This document shows positions 29,802-39,290 of a stretch of DNA of 64,000 nt, piece by piece; position 1 is the first letter of the stretch, and the number at the start of each line of letters is the position of its first letter. The stretch covers positions 64,001 through 128,000 of the forward strand of contig CAXXSL010000005.1 in NCBI GenBank assembly GCA_963675525.2. The letters run 5' to 3'. The notes beneath the pieces are model-generated. The model made no database searches and was not told the DNA's origin. It worked only from the letters and a program-made list of their open reading frames with translations. A program made the translations under genes and the position numbers. The stretch comes from Anaerohalosphaeraceae bacterium (GTDB taxonomy: Bacteria; Planctomycetota; Phycisphaerae; Sedimentisphaerales; Anaerohalosphaeraceae).

Positions 29802-30890
29802 ATGAGTGATTGTGTGCCGAATAAAGTAAATAAGATCGCCCCGGTTTTACGGATGCTGCTTCGGCAGAATAATCAGTGTCCGATTGTACGTTTCAGTGAG
29901 CACGTTGAGGTGCCCGGTTTAAAGATGACGTTGCCGGAAACAATGGATGAAGCAGAACTGATAGAGTCCCTGTCTCATTTGCTGCAAAATCAGGCTGAAG
30001 GTGTTCAGGCGGTTTGCGCGGAAGGCGTGGGAACCTTTGAGATTCTGCGTGCCGAAGACCGCCCCGGCCGAGTCACCGGCAAGGTTGCGATTGTGACCGG
30101 CGCTGCTCAGGGATTTGGTCTGGAAATCGCACAGAATCTTGCTTCGCAGGGTGCGTACGTGGTGCTGGCGGATATCAATATTGACGAGGCCCAAAAGCAA
30201 GCCAAACTGCTGCAGGATGAATATGATTCAGATCGGGCGATGGCCGTTGCTGTCAATGTGACAGATTTAACTTCGATTGAAGCGGCGATTTGCCAGGTGG
30301 TCAGGCACTACGGCGGCTTCGATGTGTTTATCTCCAATGCCGGTGTGTTAAAAGCCGAAAGCGTTAAGACGCAATCCGAAAAAGATTTTGATTTCGTGAC
30401 GGCGGTCAACTACAAGGGATATTTTCTATGTACGCAGGTCGTGTCGAAAATCCTGGCACTTCAGCACAAAGCCGATTCTGCGTATATGAGCGACATTATT
30501 CAGATAAATTCCAAATCCGGGTTGGTGGGTTCCAATCGGAACGGCGCCTATGCCGGAGGGAAATTCGGCGGCATCGGCCTGACTCAGTCGTTCGCCCTTG
30601 AACTGATCGAAGACGGCATCAAGGTCAACTCCATTTGCCCGGGAAACTTTTTTGATGGCCCGCTCTGGTCGAATCCCGACAACGGGCTGTTTGTACAATA
30701 CCTGCGAACCGGCAAGATCCCCGGCGCCAAAACCATTGCCGAGGTCAAAAAGGCCTATGAGGCCAAGGTCCCGATGGGCCGCGGCTGCACGACCCCCGAT
30801 GTCATGGCGGCGGTGTATTATTTGATCGAACAAAAATATGAAACCGGCCAGGCCGTTCCCGTAACGGGCGGGCAGGTCATGCTTCACTAA
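29802..30890 (+). CDS. SDR, sorbitol-6-phosphate 2-dehydrogenase (SrlD)-like, with N-terminal extension
   Basis: VTGAAQGFG, SNAG, IIQINSKSGLVGS..AYAGGKFGGIGLTQSFALEL as in SrlD. Confidence 0.85.
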   Translation: MSDCVPNKVNKIAPVLRMLLRQNNQCPIVRFSEHVEVPGLKMTLPETMDEAELIESLSHLLQNQAEGVQAVCAEGVGTFEILRAEDRPGRVTGKVAIVTGAAQGFGLEIAQNLASQGAYVVLADINIDEAQKQAKLLQDEYDSDRAMAVAVNVTDLTSIEAAICQVVRHYGGFDVFISNAGVLKAESVKTQSEKDFDFVTAVNYKGYFLCTQVVSKILALQHKADSAYMSDIIQINSKSGLVGSNRNGAYAGGKFGGIGLTQSFALELIEDGIKVNSICPGNFFDGPLWSNPDNGLFVQYLRTGKIPGAKTIAEVKKAYEAKVPMGRGCTTPDVMAAVYYLIEQKYETGQAVPVTGGQVMLH

Positions 30891-30903
30891 TAAGGATACA
30901 ATC

Positions 30904-32586
30904 ATGGAACAAACCATTCCCCAAACTCAGAATGCGATCCAGTTGGTCGGTTCCGATGCGTTAAAGCTCAATACCCAAAAAGAAGTTTATCGCCCCGGAC
31001 CCTATCAGATATTAATGAAGGTCGAAGCGGTTGGCTTGTGTTTCTCGGATTTGAAATTACTCAAGCAATTTGATAAACATGTACGAAAAAGCAGCGTGAT
31101 ATCGGGTGCCGATCCGGAAGTTTTGGCTCAAGTGCCCAGCTATAAACCGGGATTGGAGCCTACCGTCCCCGGTCACGAAGCTTTTGGTACGATTGTTGCC
31201 GTTGGAGACCAGGTCCGGCATCATCAGCCCGGCCAGCGTGTTTTGGTGCAAACGGATTACCGCTGGCTCAAGACGGCTGAGTCCAACTCTGCCTTCGGAT
31301 ATAATTTCGAGGGGGCTTTGCAGCAATATGCCCTGATGGATGAACGGGTGATCGTTGATCCGGATCGCAATGAAAGCTTTCTAATTCCCGTTGATAAAGA
31401 GTTGAGCGCCTCAGCGATTGCGCTGGTGGAACCGTGGGCGTGCGTGGAAAGCTCGTATATCACCGAAGAACGCAATACCATCCTGCCGGGTGGAAAGCTT
31501 TTGGTGGTTGTTGATTCCGGCAGGCATGTCGAGGGACTTGCTGAAAGTTTTTCTCCGGCAGGGGGCCCGGCTTCTATGACCGTATATTGCCCTGATGGAA
31601 GTCCGATTGAAAACCTTCAGGATTTAGGCCCCCAGGTTAGGAAGGTTGACGACCTGGATAGTCTGCCGAATGAAGCATTCGATGATATTGTTTATTTTGG
31701 TTCCGGCAAAACGACCATTGAACTACTGGGCGACAAGTTGGCCGCACAAGGGATCATTAATATTGTGCTGGATGGAAATAAGATCGGACAGGAGGTGTCT
31801 GTCGGGGTTGGTCGAACCCATTACGGCATGACCCGCTGGATCGGTACGACCAAAGCCGGTGCCGCTGAAAGCTATAAACATATTCCGGCGACCGGTGAAA
31901 TCCGCAAAGGCGACAAAGCGATCATCATTGGCGCTGCCGGGCCGATGGGACAGATGCACACCGTGCGGCTGGTTTGCTCGGGGGTGAAAGATATTTCTGT
32001 CGTCGGAACCGATTTTGATGATGAACGGCTGGTCTCGCTGGGGCAGAAGGCCGGCCTGTTTGCACAGGAACGAAATGTTGAGTTGTCGCTTGTAAACCCG
32101 CAGAAAAATCCGGTAAAGGATAAATTCAGTTATTTTGCCGTTATGGCGCCTATTGGTGCGTTGGTTGCGCAATCAGTGAAGGACAGTATGGAGGGGGCTC
32201 TCATTAACATTTTTGCGGGTATCCCTGCGACAGTAAAGCAGGAGCTTGATCTGGACACCTACATTTCAAATCGATGCTTTATGTTCGGCACCAGCGGTTC
32301 GCGTCTGTCGGATATGAAAATTGTTCTTGGAAAAGTCTTATCGGGACAGCTCAATACGGACTGTTCAGTGGATGCTGTCAGCGGAATGGCCGGAGCGATT
32401 GACGGTATTCGGGCGGTTGAAGCAAGGACGATGGCAGGAAAGATTATTGTCTATCCGCAGTTAAAAGATATGCCGCTTGTACCATTGTCCGAATTAAGTG
32501 AAAAATACCCATCGGTGGCAAAAAAATTAAACAAAGGCATCTGGACGAAAGAAGCTGAACAGGAACTTTTAAAAATTGCCAATTGA
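30904..32586 (+). CDS. Zinc-binding medium-chain dehydrogenase, L-sorbose-1-phosphate reductase-like, enlarged (560 aa)
   Basis: AVGLCFSDLK, PGHE, FGYNFEGALQQY, ALVEPWACV, GAAGPMG, GTSGS, GKIIVYP. Confidence 0.75.
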   Translation: MEQTIPQTQNAIQLVGSDALKLNTQKEVYRPGPYQILMKVEAVGLCFSDLKLLKQFDKHVRKSSVISGADPEVLAQVPSYKPGLEPTVPGHEAFGTIVAVGDQVRHHQPGQRVLVQTDYRWLKTAESNSAFGYNFEGALQQYALMDERVIVDPDRNESFLIPVDKELSASAIALVEPWACVESSYITEERNTILPGGKLLVVVDSGRHVEGLAESFSPAGGPASMTVYCPDGSPIENLQDLGPQVRKVDDLDSLPNEAFDDIVYFGSGKTTIELLGDKLAAQGIINIVLDGNKIGQEVSVGVGRTHYGMTRWIGTTKAGAAESYKHIPATGEIRKGDKAIIIGAAGPMGQMHTVRLVCSGVKDISVVGTDFDDERLVSLGQKAGLFAQERNVELSLVNPQKNPVKDKFSYFAVMAPIGALVAQSVKDSMEGALINIFAGIPATVKQELDLDTYISNRCFMFGTSGSRLSDMKIVLGKVLSGQLNTDCSVDAVSGMAGAIDGIRAVEARTMAGKIIVYPQLKDMPLVPLSELSEKYPSVAKKLNKGIWTKEAEQELLKIAN

Positions 32587-32642
32587 TGAATCGCAGGTTT
32601 TTTACAGATTAAATTTCCCACACGACCAGAGGAGTATGCACA

Positions 32643-33683
32643 ATGAAGGCCCAGATGCTCACAGGCATAGGTCAAATTGAACTGATGGATGTCCCGGATG
32701 TTCGAATTGTCAACGCTGATGACGTTCTGCTTAAAATAGAATGCGTTGGTGTTTGCGGCAGCGATATACATTATTATGAAACGGGTCAAATCGGCAGCCA
32801 GGTCGTGCAGTTTCCTTTTTGCGTTGGACATGAGTGTTCAGCGACAATTGTCGATCTTGGGCCTGATGTAAAGGGCCTTGAAAAGGGCGAGCCCGTAGTG
32901 GTTGAGCCGGCGGTATCATGCGGCCAATGCAGCCAGTGCCAGGCCGGCCGGCCCCATACCTGTCAGCGGTTAACATTTCTGGGCTGCCCCGGCCAGATCG
33001 CCGGGTGTTTAAGTGAATATCTTGTGATGCCCGCAAAGTGCTGTTTCCCGACAAAGGGAAAGATCACTCTTGAGCAGGGCGTGCTTTGTGAACCGTTTGC
33101 AATTGGTGTCTATGCTGTCCGGCAGTCAGGGCTGCAGGCCGGGCAAACCGCGGCGATTCTGGGTGCGGGCCCTATCGGGCTAAGTTGTCTGGCGGCGGGG
33201 CAGGTGCAGTCGGCGGAAAAAATCTATATGACCGAGAAAATCGGCGAGCGTATCGAGATTGCCAAAAATACCGGTGCCGATTGGGTGGGTAATCCAGACA
33301 GCGAAAACATTGTCGATGCGATACTCAAACAAAATCCGCAGGGCGTTGACGTGGTCTTTGAATGTGCCGGACAGCAGGAAACGCTGGATCAGGCGGTCGA
33401 TATACTTAAGCCCGGCGGGAAATTGCTAATGATTGGCATTCCTCGCGAGCCGCGAATTAGTTTTTGCCCGGACTGGATACGACGTAAAGAAATCTCGATC
33501 ATCAATGTCCGTCGCCAAAATCACTGTACACAAAAAGCCATCGACCTCATCGCAGAGGGAAAGGTGAATCTGGACTACATGATCACTCACACATTTGATC
33601 TGGAAAATGCTTCAAAGGCATTTGATTTAGTCGCTCGTTACGCCGACGGTGCATTGAAAGCGTTGATTAAGGTTTCTTCGTAA
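32643..33683 (+). CDS. Zinc-dependent polyol (L-iditol/sorbitol-type) dehydrogenase
   Basis: GVCGSDIHYY, GHE, structural zinc CGQCSQC..C, GAGPIG. Confidence 0.88.
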   Translation: MKAQMLTGIGQIELMDVPDVRIVNADDVLLKIECVGVCGSDIHYYETGQIGSQVVQFPFCVGHECSATIVDLGPDVKGLEKGEPVVVEPAVSCGQCSQCQAGRPHTCQRLTFLGCPGQIAGCLSEYLVMPAKCCFPTKGKITLEQGVLCEPFAIGVYAVRQSGLQAGQTAAILGAGPIGLSCLAAGQVQSAEKIYMTEKIGERIEIAKNTGADWVGNPDSENIVDAILKQNPQGVDVVFECAGQQETLDQAVDILKPGGKLLMIGIPREPRISFCPDWIRRKEISIINVRRQNHCTQKAIDLIAEGKVNLDYMITHTFDLENASKAFDLVARYADGALKALIKVSS

Positions 33684-33695
33684 AAGCCTGTTACG

Positions 33696-34895
33696 ATGGA
33701 CCATCGCGGCTATACGTACCATTATGATTATGAAAACCGGCTGGTTGACATCCGCAAAACAAATGATACAATAACGGTCGCCGAATTTGAGTATGACGCA
33801 TTAGGGCGAAGGATTGAGATGGTTGCGTATAATAACAGCGTTAATCCAGTCGCATCGGTGACCACCCGCTACTATTACGATGACCAGCGGGTGCTGCTGG
33901 AAACCGATTACAACGCCGGTACGCAGGTCGAAACGGATAAACGGTACTTCGTCTATGGCAATTACATTGATGAGGTACTCGTGATATTCAAGGTTCTTTC
34001 GCCGATAGTGGAGTTTCGATATTATTACGCTCACGACCATCTGTACAGTCCAGTGGCCATGTTTACTTTGGGGGGAACCGTTTATGAACGCTATGAATAC
34101 GACGCCTACGGCGACGTGACAATATGGGATCGCACGTTCAGCAGCACACGCACAGCATCCATCTGTCAGAATCCGTATTTCTTCACCGGCCGACGGCTGG
34201 ATTCGCTGGACCCCGACGGCTCCGGCGGCTATCAGCTCAAACTCATGTACTACCGCGCCCGCACCTACGACCCCGAAACGGGGCGGTTTATGCAACGGGA
34301 TCCGCTGGAATATGTGGATGGAATGAATTTGTTTGAATATGTTTCAAGTAGGCCAATAATACTTAAAGATCCTTATGGTTTGTTTTATACAACCACAGAA
34401 TGCCCCGATTCAACTTTTGGAACGACATGTATGACTAAAGCAGGCGAGCCAACTGACAAAGAGAGCGGTTACATGGAATGTGATAGGACGGAGAGGTTTC
34501 TTATAGCTCTTCTTGGTCTTGAGTTATCAGTTGAGAAGCCAGTAATTGGGGCCGCTGTATCTGTATTTTATGCAACTTGTTGTAAGTGTGAAGTGAAATA
34601 TACTTGGACAGAGGTTCCTGTAAGAGAGTGGAAGGGGAAAATTATGATGGATCATGGATTTTTTGGCATTGGAGAAAATAGAATTGTTGCTGTTGATTTT
34701 CAAGGATTGGGGCCAATTGTGCGTCAGGCAGTGAACATAAAACGTAAATTTTATATAAATTGCGAGGGCAAGAGAATTCCTTTCGGTTCTGAGGATTGGG
34801 GTTTTATGACCCCTGAATCAGGAGATTTTACGGAATGGCCAACCGAATCGTTTAATGTTGAAGTTTTCGAAAACCCTTTTAGCATATGGTTTTGA
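33696..34895 (+). CDS. 5'-truncated RHS repeat-associated core protein with Cys-rich C-terminal tip (putative toxin)
   Basis: YDYENRL, YDALGRR, DHLYS, YEYDAYG, NPYFFTGRR, YYRARTYDPETGRFMQRDP, DPYGL boundary; AT-richer sequence after the boundary. Confidence 0.9.
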   Translation: MDHRGYTYHYDYENRLVDIRKTNDTITVAEFEYDALGRRIEMVAYNNSVNPVASVTTRYYYDDQRVLLETDYNAGTQVETDKRYFVYGNYIDEVLVIFKVLSPIVEFRYYYAHDHLYSPVAMFTLGGTVYERYEYDAYGDVTIWDRTFSSTRTASICQNPYFFTGRRLDSLDPDGSGGYQLKLMYYRARTYDPETGRFMQRDPLEYVDGMNLFEYVSSRPIILKDPYGLFYTTTECPDSTFGTTCMTKAGEPTDKESGYMECDRTERFLIALLGLELSVEKPVIGAAVSVFYATCCKCEVKYTWTEVPVREWKGKIMMDHGFFGIGENRIVAVDFQGLGPIVRQAVNIKRKFYINCEGKRIPFGSEDWGFMTPESGDFTEWPTESFNVEVFENPFSIWF

Positions 34896-34905
34896 GGAAC
34901 TGAAT

Positions 34906-35184
34906 ATGAAGAATAAGTTAAGGAACAGGGTAGAGTGCTATTTTTTCTGTGTAGGGTTGATTCTTTTCTTTTTTTCAAATGTTATTGCAAAATATTTATT
35001 TAAGCTTAGAAGCATGGTGAGTGAAAGCGAGGGTAATGCAATTTATAGTCCCGTTGAAAATCCTATAACAAGGCTTACTGGATTATTAGCACTTGTAGCT
35101 TTTTTGTTAATAATTGCGAGTGGTATAGTAGCTATCATTAGAATCTTAAAGGGGAGGGGGACAAGATTACGAAACGAGGGTTAA
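34906..35184 (+). CDS. Small two-TM protein, putative immunity protein
   Basis: Directly after the RHS tip, AT-rich, GAGGA RBS, two hydrophobic segments. Confidence 0.55.
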   Translation: MKNKLRNRVECYFFCVGLILFFFSNVIAKYLFKLRSMVSESEGNAIYSPVENPITRLTGLLALVAFLLIIASGIVAIIRILKGRGTRLRNEG

Positions 35185-35185
35185 T

Positions 35186-35206
35186 TAAAGGTTCCCGGAA
35201 CCTTTA
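35186..35206. repeat. Palindromic site TAAAGGTTCC-C-GGAACCTTTA
   Basis: 10-bp perfect arms around one central base, immediately after the stop codon. Confidence 0.8.
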
Positions 35207-35262
35207 GTTTTCCTTTTATGGGCGAAAGTTGAGTATAAAACCTGTGTGCCATGTAAGCCCCA

Positions 35263-35523
35263 TTGGATATTCATCGCGATCTTGGGTATAATTGCCAAAC
35301 ATACAAATGGAAAAAACAGACGGTCTGGCACTGGTGTAAATCAAAAGGTTCATATGGTAGCATTGGTAACGAATTTGATGTTCATTTTAATTACGAATTG
35401 GAAGATGGCCTTATAGATGCCACGATGGATTGTCAACGGGCAGCGCGTGAACACCCAAATAATCCGGGAGAACAGCCAGAAGGTGAACTTCCGGATGGCC
35501 CTTTGTTTTGGAGAATAACTTAA
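35263..35523 (+). pseudogene. Orphan fragment, possibly a remnant RHS C-terminal tip
   Basis: Cys/Trp-rich ORF without good start, lying between two palindromic sites in the RHS locus. Confidence 0.4.
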
Positions 35524-35542
35524 AGGGTCAGACCCCTTTTTT
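35521..35542. repeat. Palindromic site AAAGGGTC-A-GACCCCTTT
   Basis: Overlaps the TAA of the orphan ORF; reverse complement nearly matches AAAGGTGTCTGACCCCTT at 7797-7814. Confidence 0.75.
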
Positions 35543-35625
35543 GGTTGATTTCCCATAAGATGATTGTCTGCATCTACTTATATTGTTTGTGTTTTGGCAA
35601 TTTTAAACTAAAGGGTATAATAAAG

Positions 35626-36124
35626 ATGAGTGATCAAAACAAATTCTTTACATTGACAATTCTTATATCGCTGGCACTGCCGGCGGGCTGTCAGTTTGCG
35701 TCGTCGACTTCGGCGACAATTGCCTGTGAAAAATCCTGCGCTTCCGACGATCCTGAAATCGTCTTTGCCGAGACCGAACATGATGCAGCACAATTCGGGA
35801 AGATCCCGAGCGGGGCGGAACGGTCCTGCCGATTCGAGTTCATTAACGACGGTGGTAAGGACCTGGTTATCGAGAGAATTCACGCCTCATGCGGCTGTAC
35901 GACGACAGCGACCGAAAACACGACCATCAAGCCCGGCCATGCTTCTGAAATCTCGGTTACATATCGGGCCGGTTCTGCCGGAAAGACCAAAAAACAGATC
36001 ATCGTTTATACAAACGACCCGGCCAGTCCCCAGGTTTAACCGGCTGTTTGAGGTTGAGGAAAACAGCGTCACTCCTGCCGAATACATCTATGAATTGAAG
36101 GTGGACAAATCATCCTTTTCCTGA
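35626..36124 (+). CDS. DUF1573-domain exported/lipoprotein (3' end frameshifted or uncertain)
   Basis: LPAGC lipobox-like; FEFINDGGKDLVIERIHASCGCTT..IKPG..VYTNDP. Confidence 0.75.
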
Positions 36125-36136
36125 TTTAATCACCGT

Positions 36137-37400
36137 ATGAAAAAAGCAGGTATTGTCAGCATTGGAAATGAGTTGTTGAACGGCCAAACGGCGGATACGA
36201 ATACGTTCTGGCTGGCGGGGAAACTGTTTGAAGTGGGCATTCCAGTGGTTGGGGGTTGGACGGTTCCCGATGAAACGGGGCGTATTGTTGAAGCATCACC
36301 AACGACGGCGGCAAAGATTGAAAGCCGCCGCTGAACAAGCGGACATCATTCTTGTTACCGGGGGACTGGGTCCGACCGATGACGATCTGACACGGGATGC
36401 CGCGGCTCGATATCTCGGCGTTGAACTTGAATTCCATCCCGATATTCTGGAGCAATTGACCGCCTTTTTTGAAAAACGCGGAAAAATGATGGCCGAAAAG
36501 AATCGCAGCCAGGCCTATATCCCTGCCGGTTGCGAGATCATGGAAAATCCCTGCGGAACGGCACCGGGGTTCTGGGGGCACAAAGACGGCCGATTTATTG
36601 CGGTAATGCCGGGTGTTCCATCTGAGATGAAACGGATGTTTGATGAGCAGGTTGTCGGACGTATCCGGAAAATCCATTCCGGTCCGATCGTTATGTCGGG
36701 AAAAGTGCGTTGTTTTGGTTCGGGTGAATCCACCGTTGCGCAAAAACTGGGCAATCTAATGGATCGCGGCCGTAACCCGCTGATCAATTGTACCTGTGGG
36801 CACGGCGACATCATTCTGCACGTTGTCGCCCAGTCCGAAGATCGAAAAAAGGCCGCTGAAATGGTAGAAAGCGACAAAAAAATGCTTTCCGCACTTTTAG
36901 GCGACTGGGTTTACGGGTATGATGACCGGTCCTTGCCGGAGATTGTGGGGGATTTGCTGCGAAAAACCAGCCGAACAATTGCTACTGCGGAGTCCTGTAC
37001 GGGGGGCCTGCTTGCGAAAATGCTGACGGATGTTCCCGGTTCCAGCGATTATGTGCTGGCAGGGTGGGTAACCTACAGCAATGAGGCTAAAATTAGGCAA
37101 TTGGGTCTGCCGGAGAAGATGATCGCCGAAAATGGGGCCGTTAGTGAACCGGTTGCACGGGCGATGGCTGTCGGAGCAGCACAAAAATCGGGGGCCGATA
37201 TCGGAATCGGGATTACAGGAATTGCCGGTCCGGGCGGGGGAACCGATGAAAAACCTGTTGGGCTTGTGTATATCGGCATTGATGTTAAGGGCGAATGTTT
37301 TGTCGAAGAATGCCGATTTCCGGCGGTTAATCGGGGTTTCATCCGCCAAAGAGCCGCATTATCCGCATTAAATCTTATTCGTTTGCAATTGCGGATTTGA
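36137..37400 (+). CDS. cinA: CinA family protein (molybdopterin-binding domain plus NMN deamidase domain), apparent frameshift near 36300
   Basis: IGNELLNGQTADTN, VTGGLGPTDDDLT, MPGVPSEM, AESCTGG, TYSNEAK, GAVS, TGIAGPGGG. Confidence 0.92.
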
Positions 37401-37483
37401 CGGATATGATTTAGTTTGTTAAAATAGTCCAATTCGAGGGTTTGCGGCATTATCAAATTTATATTTGTTATAAGTGAGCATTT

Positions 37484-39250
37484 ATGTCAAAAAAACGGAG
37501 ACATTTGGGCGAACTCCTTTATCGAAAAGGGTATGTCGGTAAGGAGGACCTGATCAAAGCCATCAAAGATGGCAAAAAGACCAATCGTCGGCTTGGCGAA
37601 GTATTGATTGAAATGAAACTGGCCACGGAAGACCAGATCTATGAGTGTCTTGCCAAACAGTTTGGTCTTGAGTTTGTCGATCTGAGCAATGTTGATATTT
37701 CCCCCGAGGTTTCCAAGCTTGTACCGGATGAACTTGTCAAAAAGCATCACGTTATCCCTCTTTCTCAGGAAAATGGCGAACTGAAACTTGTTGTGAAAGA
37801 TCCGATGGATCTGGATACGCTGGATTTGTTGCGTTTCAGGCTGAACATGGAACTGCGTTGCTGCCTTGCAAGCCCGACTAAAATTGACAATTATATCAAT
37901 GAAAAGGGAGGTAGTGGAGGCGGTGGCGGAACAGTTGGTTTCGGTGATAGCGACATGGAGGATTATCGCAGCAGCATTGACGCCACGGCTGCTGAATTGG
38001 CGGCGGCCGGACATACCATTGAGGCCGAAGTACGCCGTGCCCAGGCGATGGAGAATGAGAACGAAGAAGGTCCGATCGTTCGGTTGGTGAATCTGATTAT
38101 TGATGAAGCCGTTCGCATGAGGGCCAGCGATATTCACGTCGAACCCATGGCGGACCGTGTGCGTGTTCGGTATCGTATTGACGGTGTTTGTGTGGAACGC
38201 GATAATATCCCCAAGACCATGCAGGCCCCGTTGATGACTCGTATCAAAATCCTGTCCGGCATGGATATCGGCGAACGGCGTCTGCCGCAGGATGGTCGTA
38301 TCAAGCGTCACATCGATGATCAGGATATCGACTTTCGTGTATCCTGCCTGCCCGGCTATCATGGTGAAAGCACCGTCCTTCGTATTTTGCGTCCGGATTC
38401 GGTGAATATCGGTATCCAGGCGATCGGTTTTGAGTCGGATGATTATGAGCGCTTCAAAAAGATCATCAAAAGACCAAATGGCATTTTTCTCGTAACAGGG
38501 CCTACCGGTTCGGGTAAAACAACCACACTATATTCGGCCCTGCAGGAACTGAACCGGCCGGACAAAAAAATCATTACCGCCGAAGATCCGGTTGAGTACA
38601 ATATTGCCGGAATCAACCAGTGCCAGATTCGCTCGGACATCGGATTGACATTTGAGTCGATTCTTCGGTCCATGCTGCGTCAGGCGCCCAACATTATTCT
38701 CATCGGTGAAATTCGTGACGGCATTGTAGCTGATATTGCGATTCAGGCGGCCCTGACCGGTCACCTGGTGTTTAGTACCCTGCATACAAATGATGCTCCG
38801 AGCGCCATTACGCGTTTGATTGATATGGGCGTTAAGCCTTTCCTGGTGGCCAGTTCCATTCAGGCGATCATGGCGCAACGTCTGATTCGTACGATTTGCT
38901 CGGAATGTAAGGTTATCAATCCGTCTCCGGATCCGCATTATCTGAGATTGCTGAACATTAAACCTGACGATCTGAAGCATCACCCTGTCTATAAGGGGGC
39001 GGGTTGCAATCGGTGTCAGGGAACGGGTTTTAAGGGACGTATCGCAATTTTTGAAATGTTGGAGATGAACAATCAGCTTCGTGATCTGGCGTTTGCCCGT
39101 GCTCCGGCAGGTGAATTGCGTAAAGCCGCCGTAGCGACGGGAATGAATACCCTGCTTGCTGATGGACGCGTTAAGGTGTTTAAAGGAATCACCACGCCTG
39201 ATGAGGTGTCGCGTGTAACTCAGGCAGAGGGCTTGGTTTACGACGAATAA
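37484..39250 (+). CDS. pilB: GspE/PilB-family assembly ATPase 1
   Basis: N-terminal HLGELL/RLGEVL repeats, ASDIHVEP, RLPQDGR, GPTGSGKTTT, TAEDPVEY, GEIRD, HTNDA, tetracysteine motif. Confidence 0.9.
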   Translation: MSKKRRHLGELLYRKGYVGKEDLIKAIKDGKKTNRRLGEVLIEMKLATEDQIYECLAKQFGLEFVDLSNVDISPEVSKLVPDELVKKHHVIPLSQENGELKLVVKDPMDLDTLDLLRFRLNMELRCCLASPTKIDNYINEKGGSGGGGGTVGFGDSDMEDYRSSIDATAAELAAAGHTIEAEVRRAQAMENENEEGPIVRLVNLIIDEAVRMRASDIHVEPMADRVRVRYRIDGVCVERDNIPKTMQAPLMTRIKILSGMDIGERRLPQDGRIKRHIDDQDIDFRVSCLPGYHGESTVLRILRPDSVNIGIQAIGFESDDYERFKKIIKRPNGIFLVTGPTGSGKTTTLYSALQELNRPDKKIITAEDPVEYNIAGINQCQIRSDIGLTFESILRSMLRQAPNIILIGEIRDGIVADIAIQAALTGHLVFSTLHTNDAPSAITRLIDMGVKPFLVASSIQAIMAQRLIRTICSECKVINPSPDPHYLRLLNIKPDDLKHHPVYKGAGCNRCQGTGFKGRIAIFEMLEMNNQLRDLAFARAPAGELRKAAVATGMNTLLADGRVKVFKGITTPDEVSRVTQAEGLVYDE

Positions 39251-39290
39251 ACAGGACTTATTTTTCTTTATTTTACTTGGGGTTTGAATC

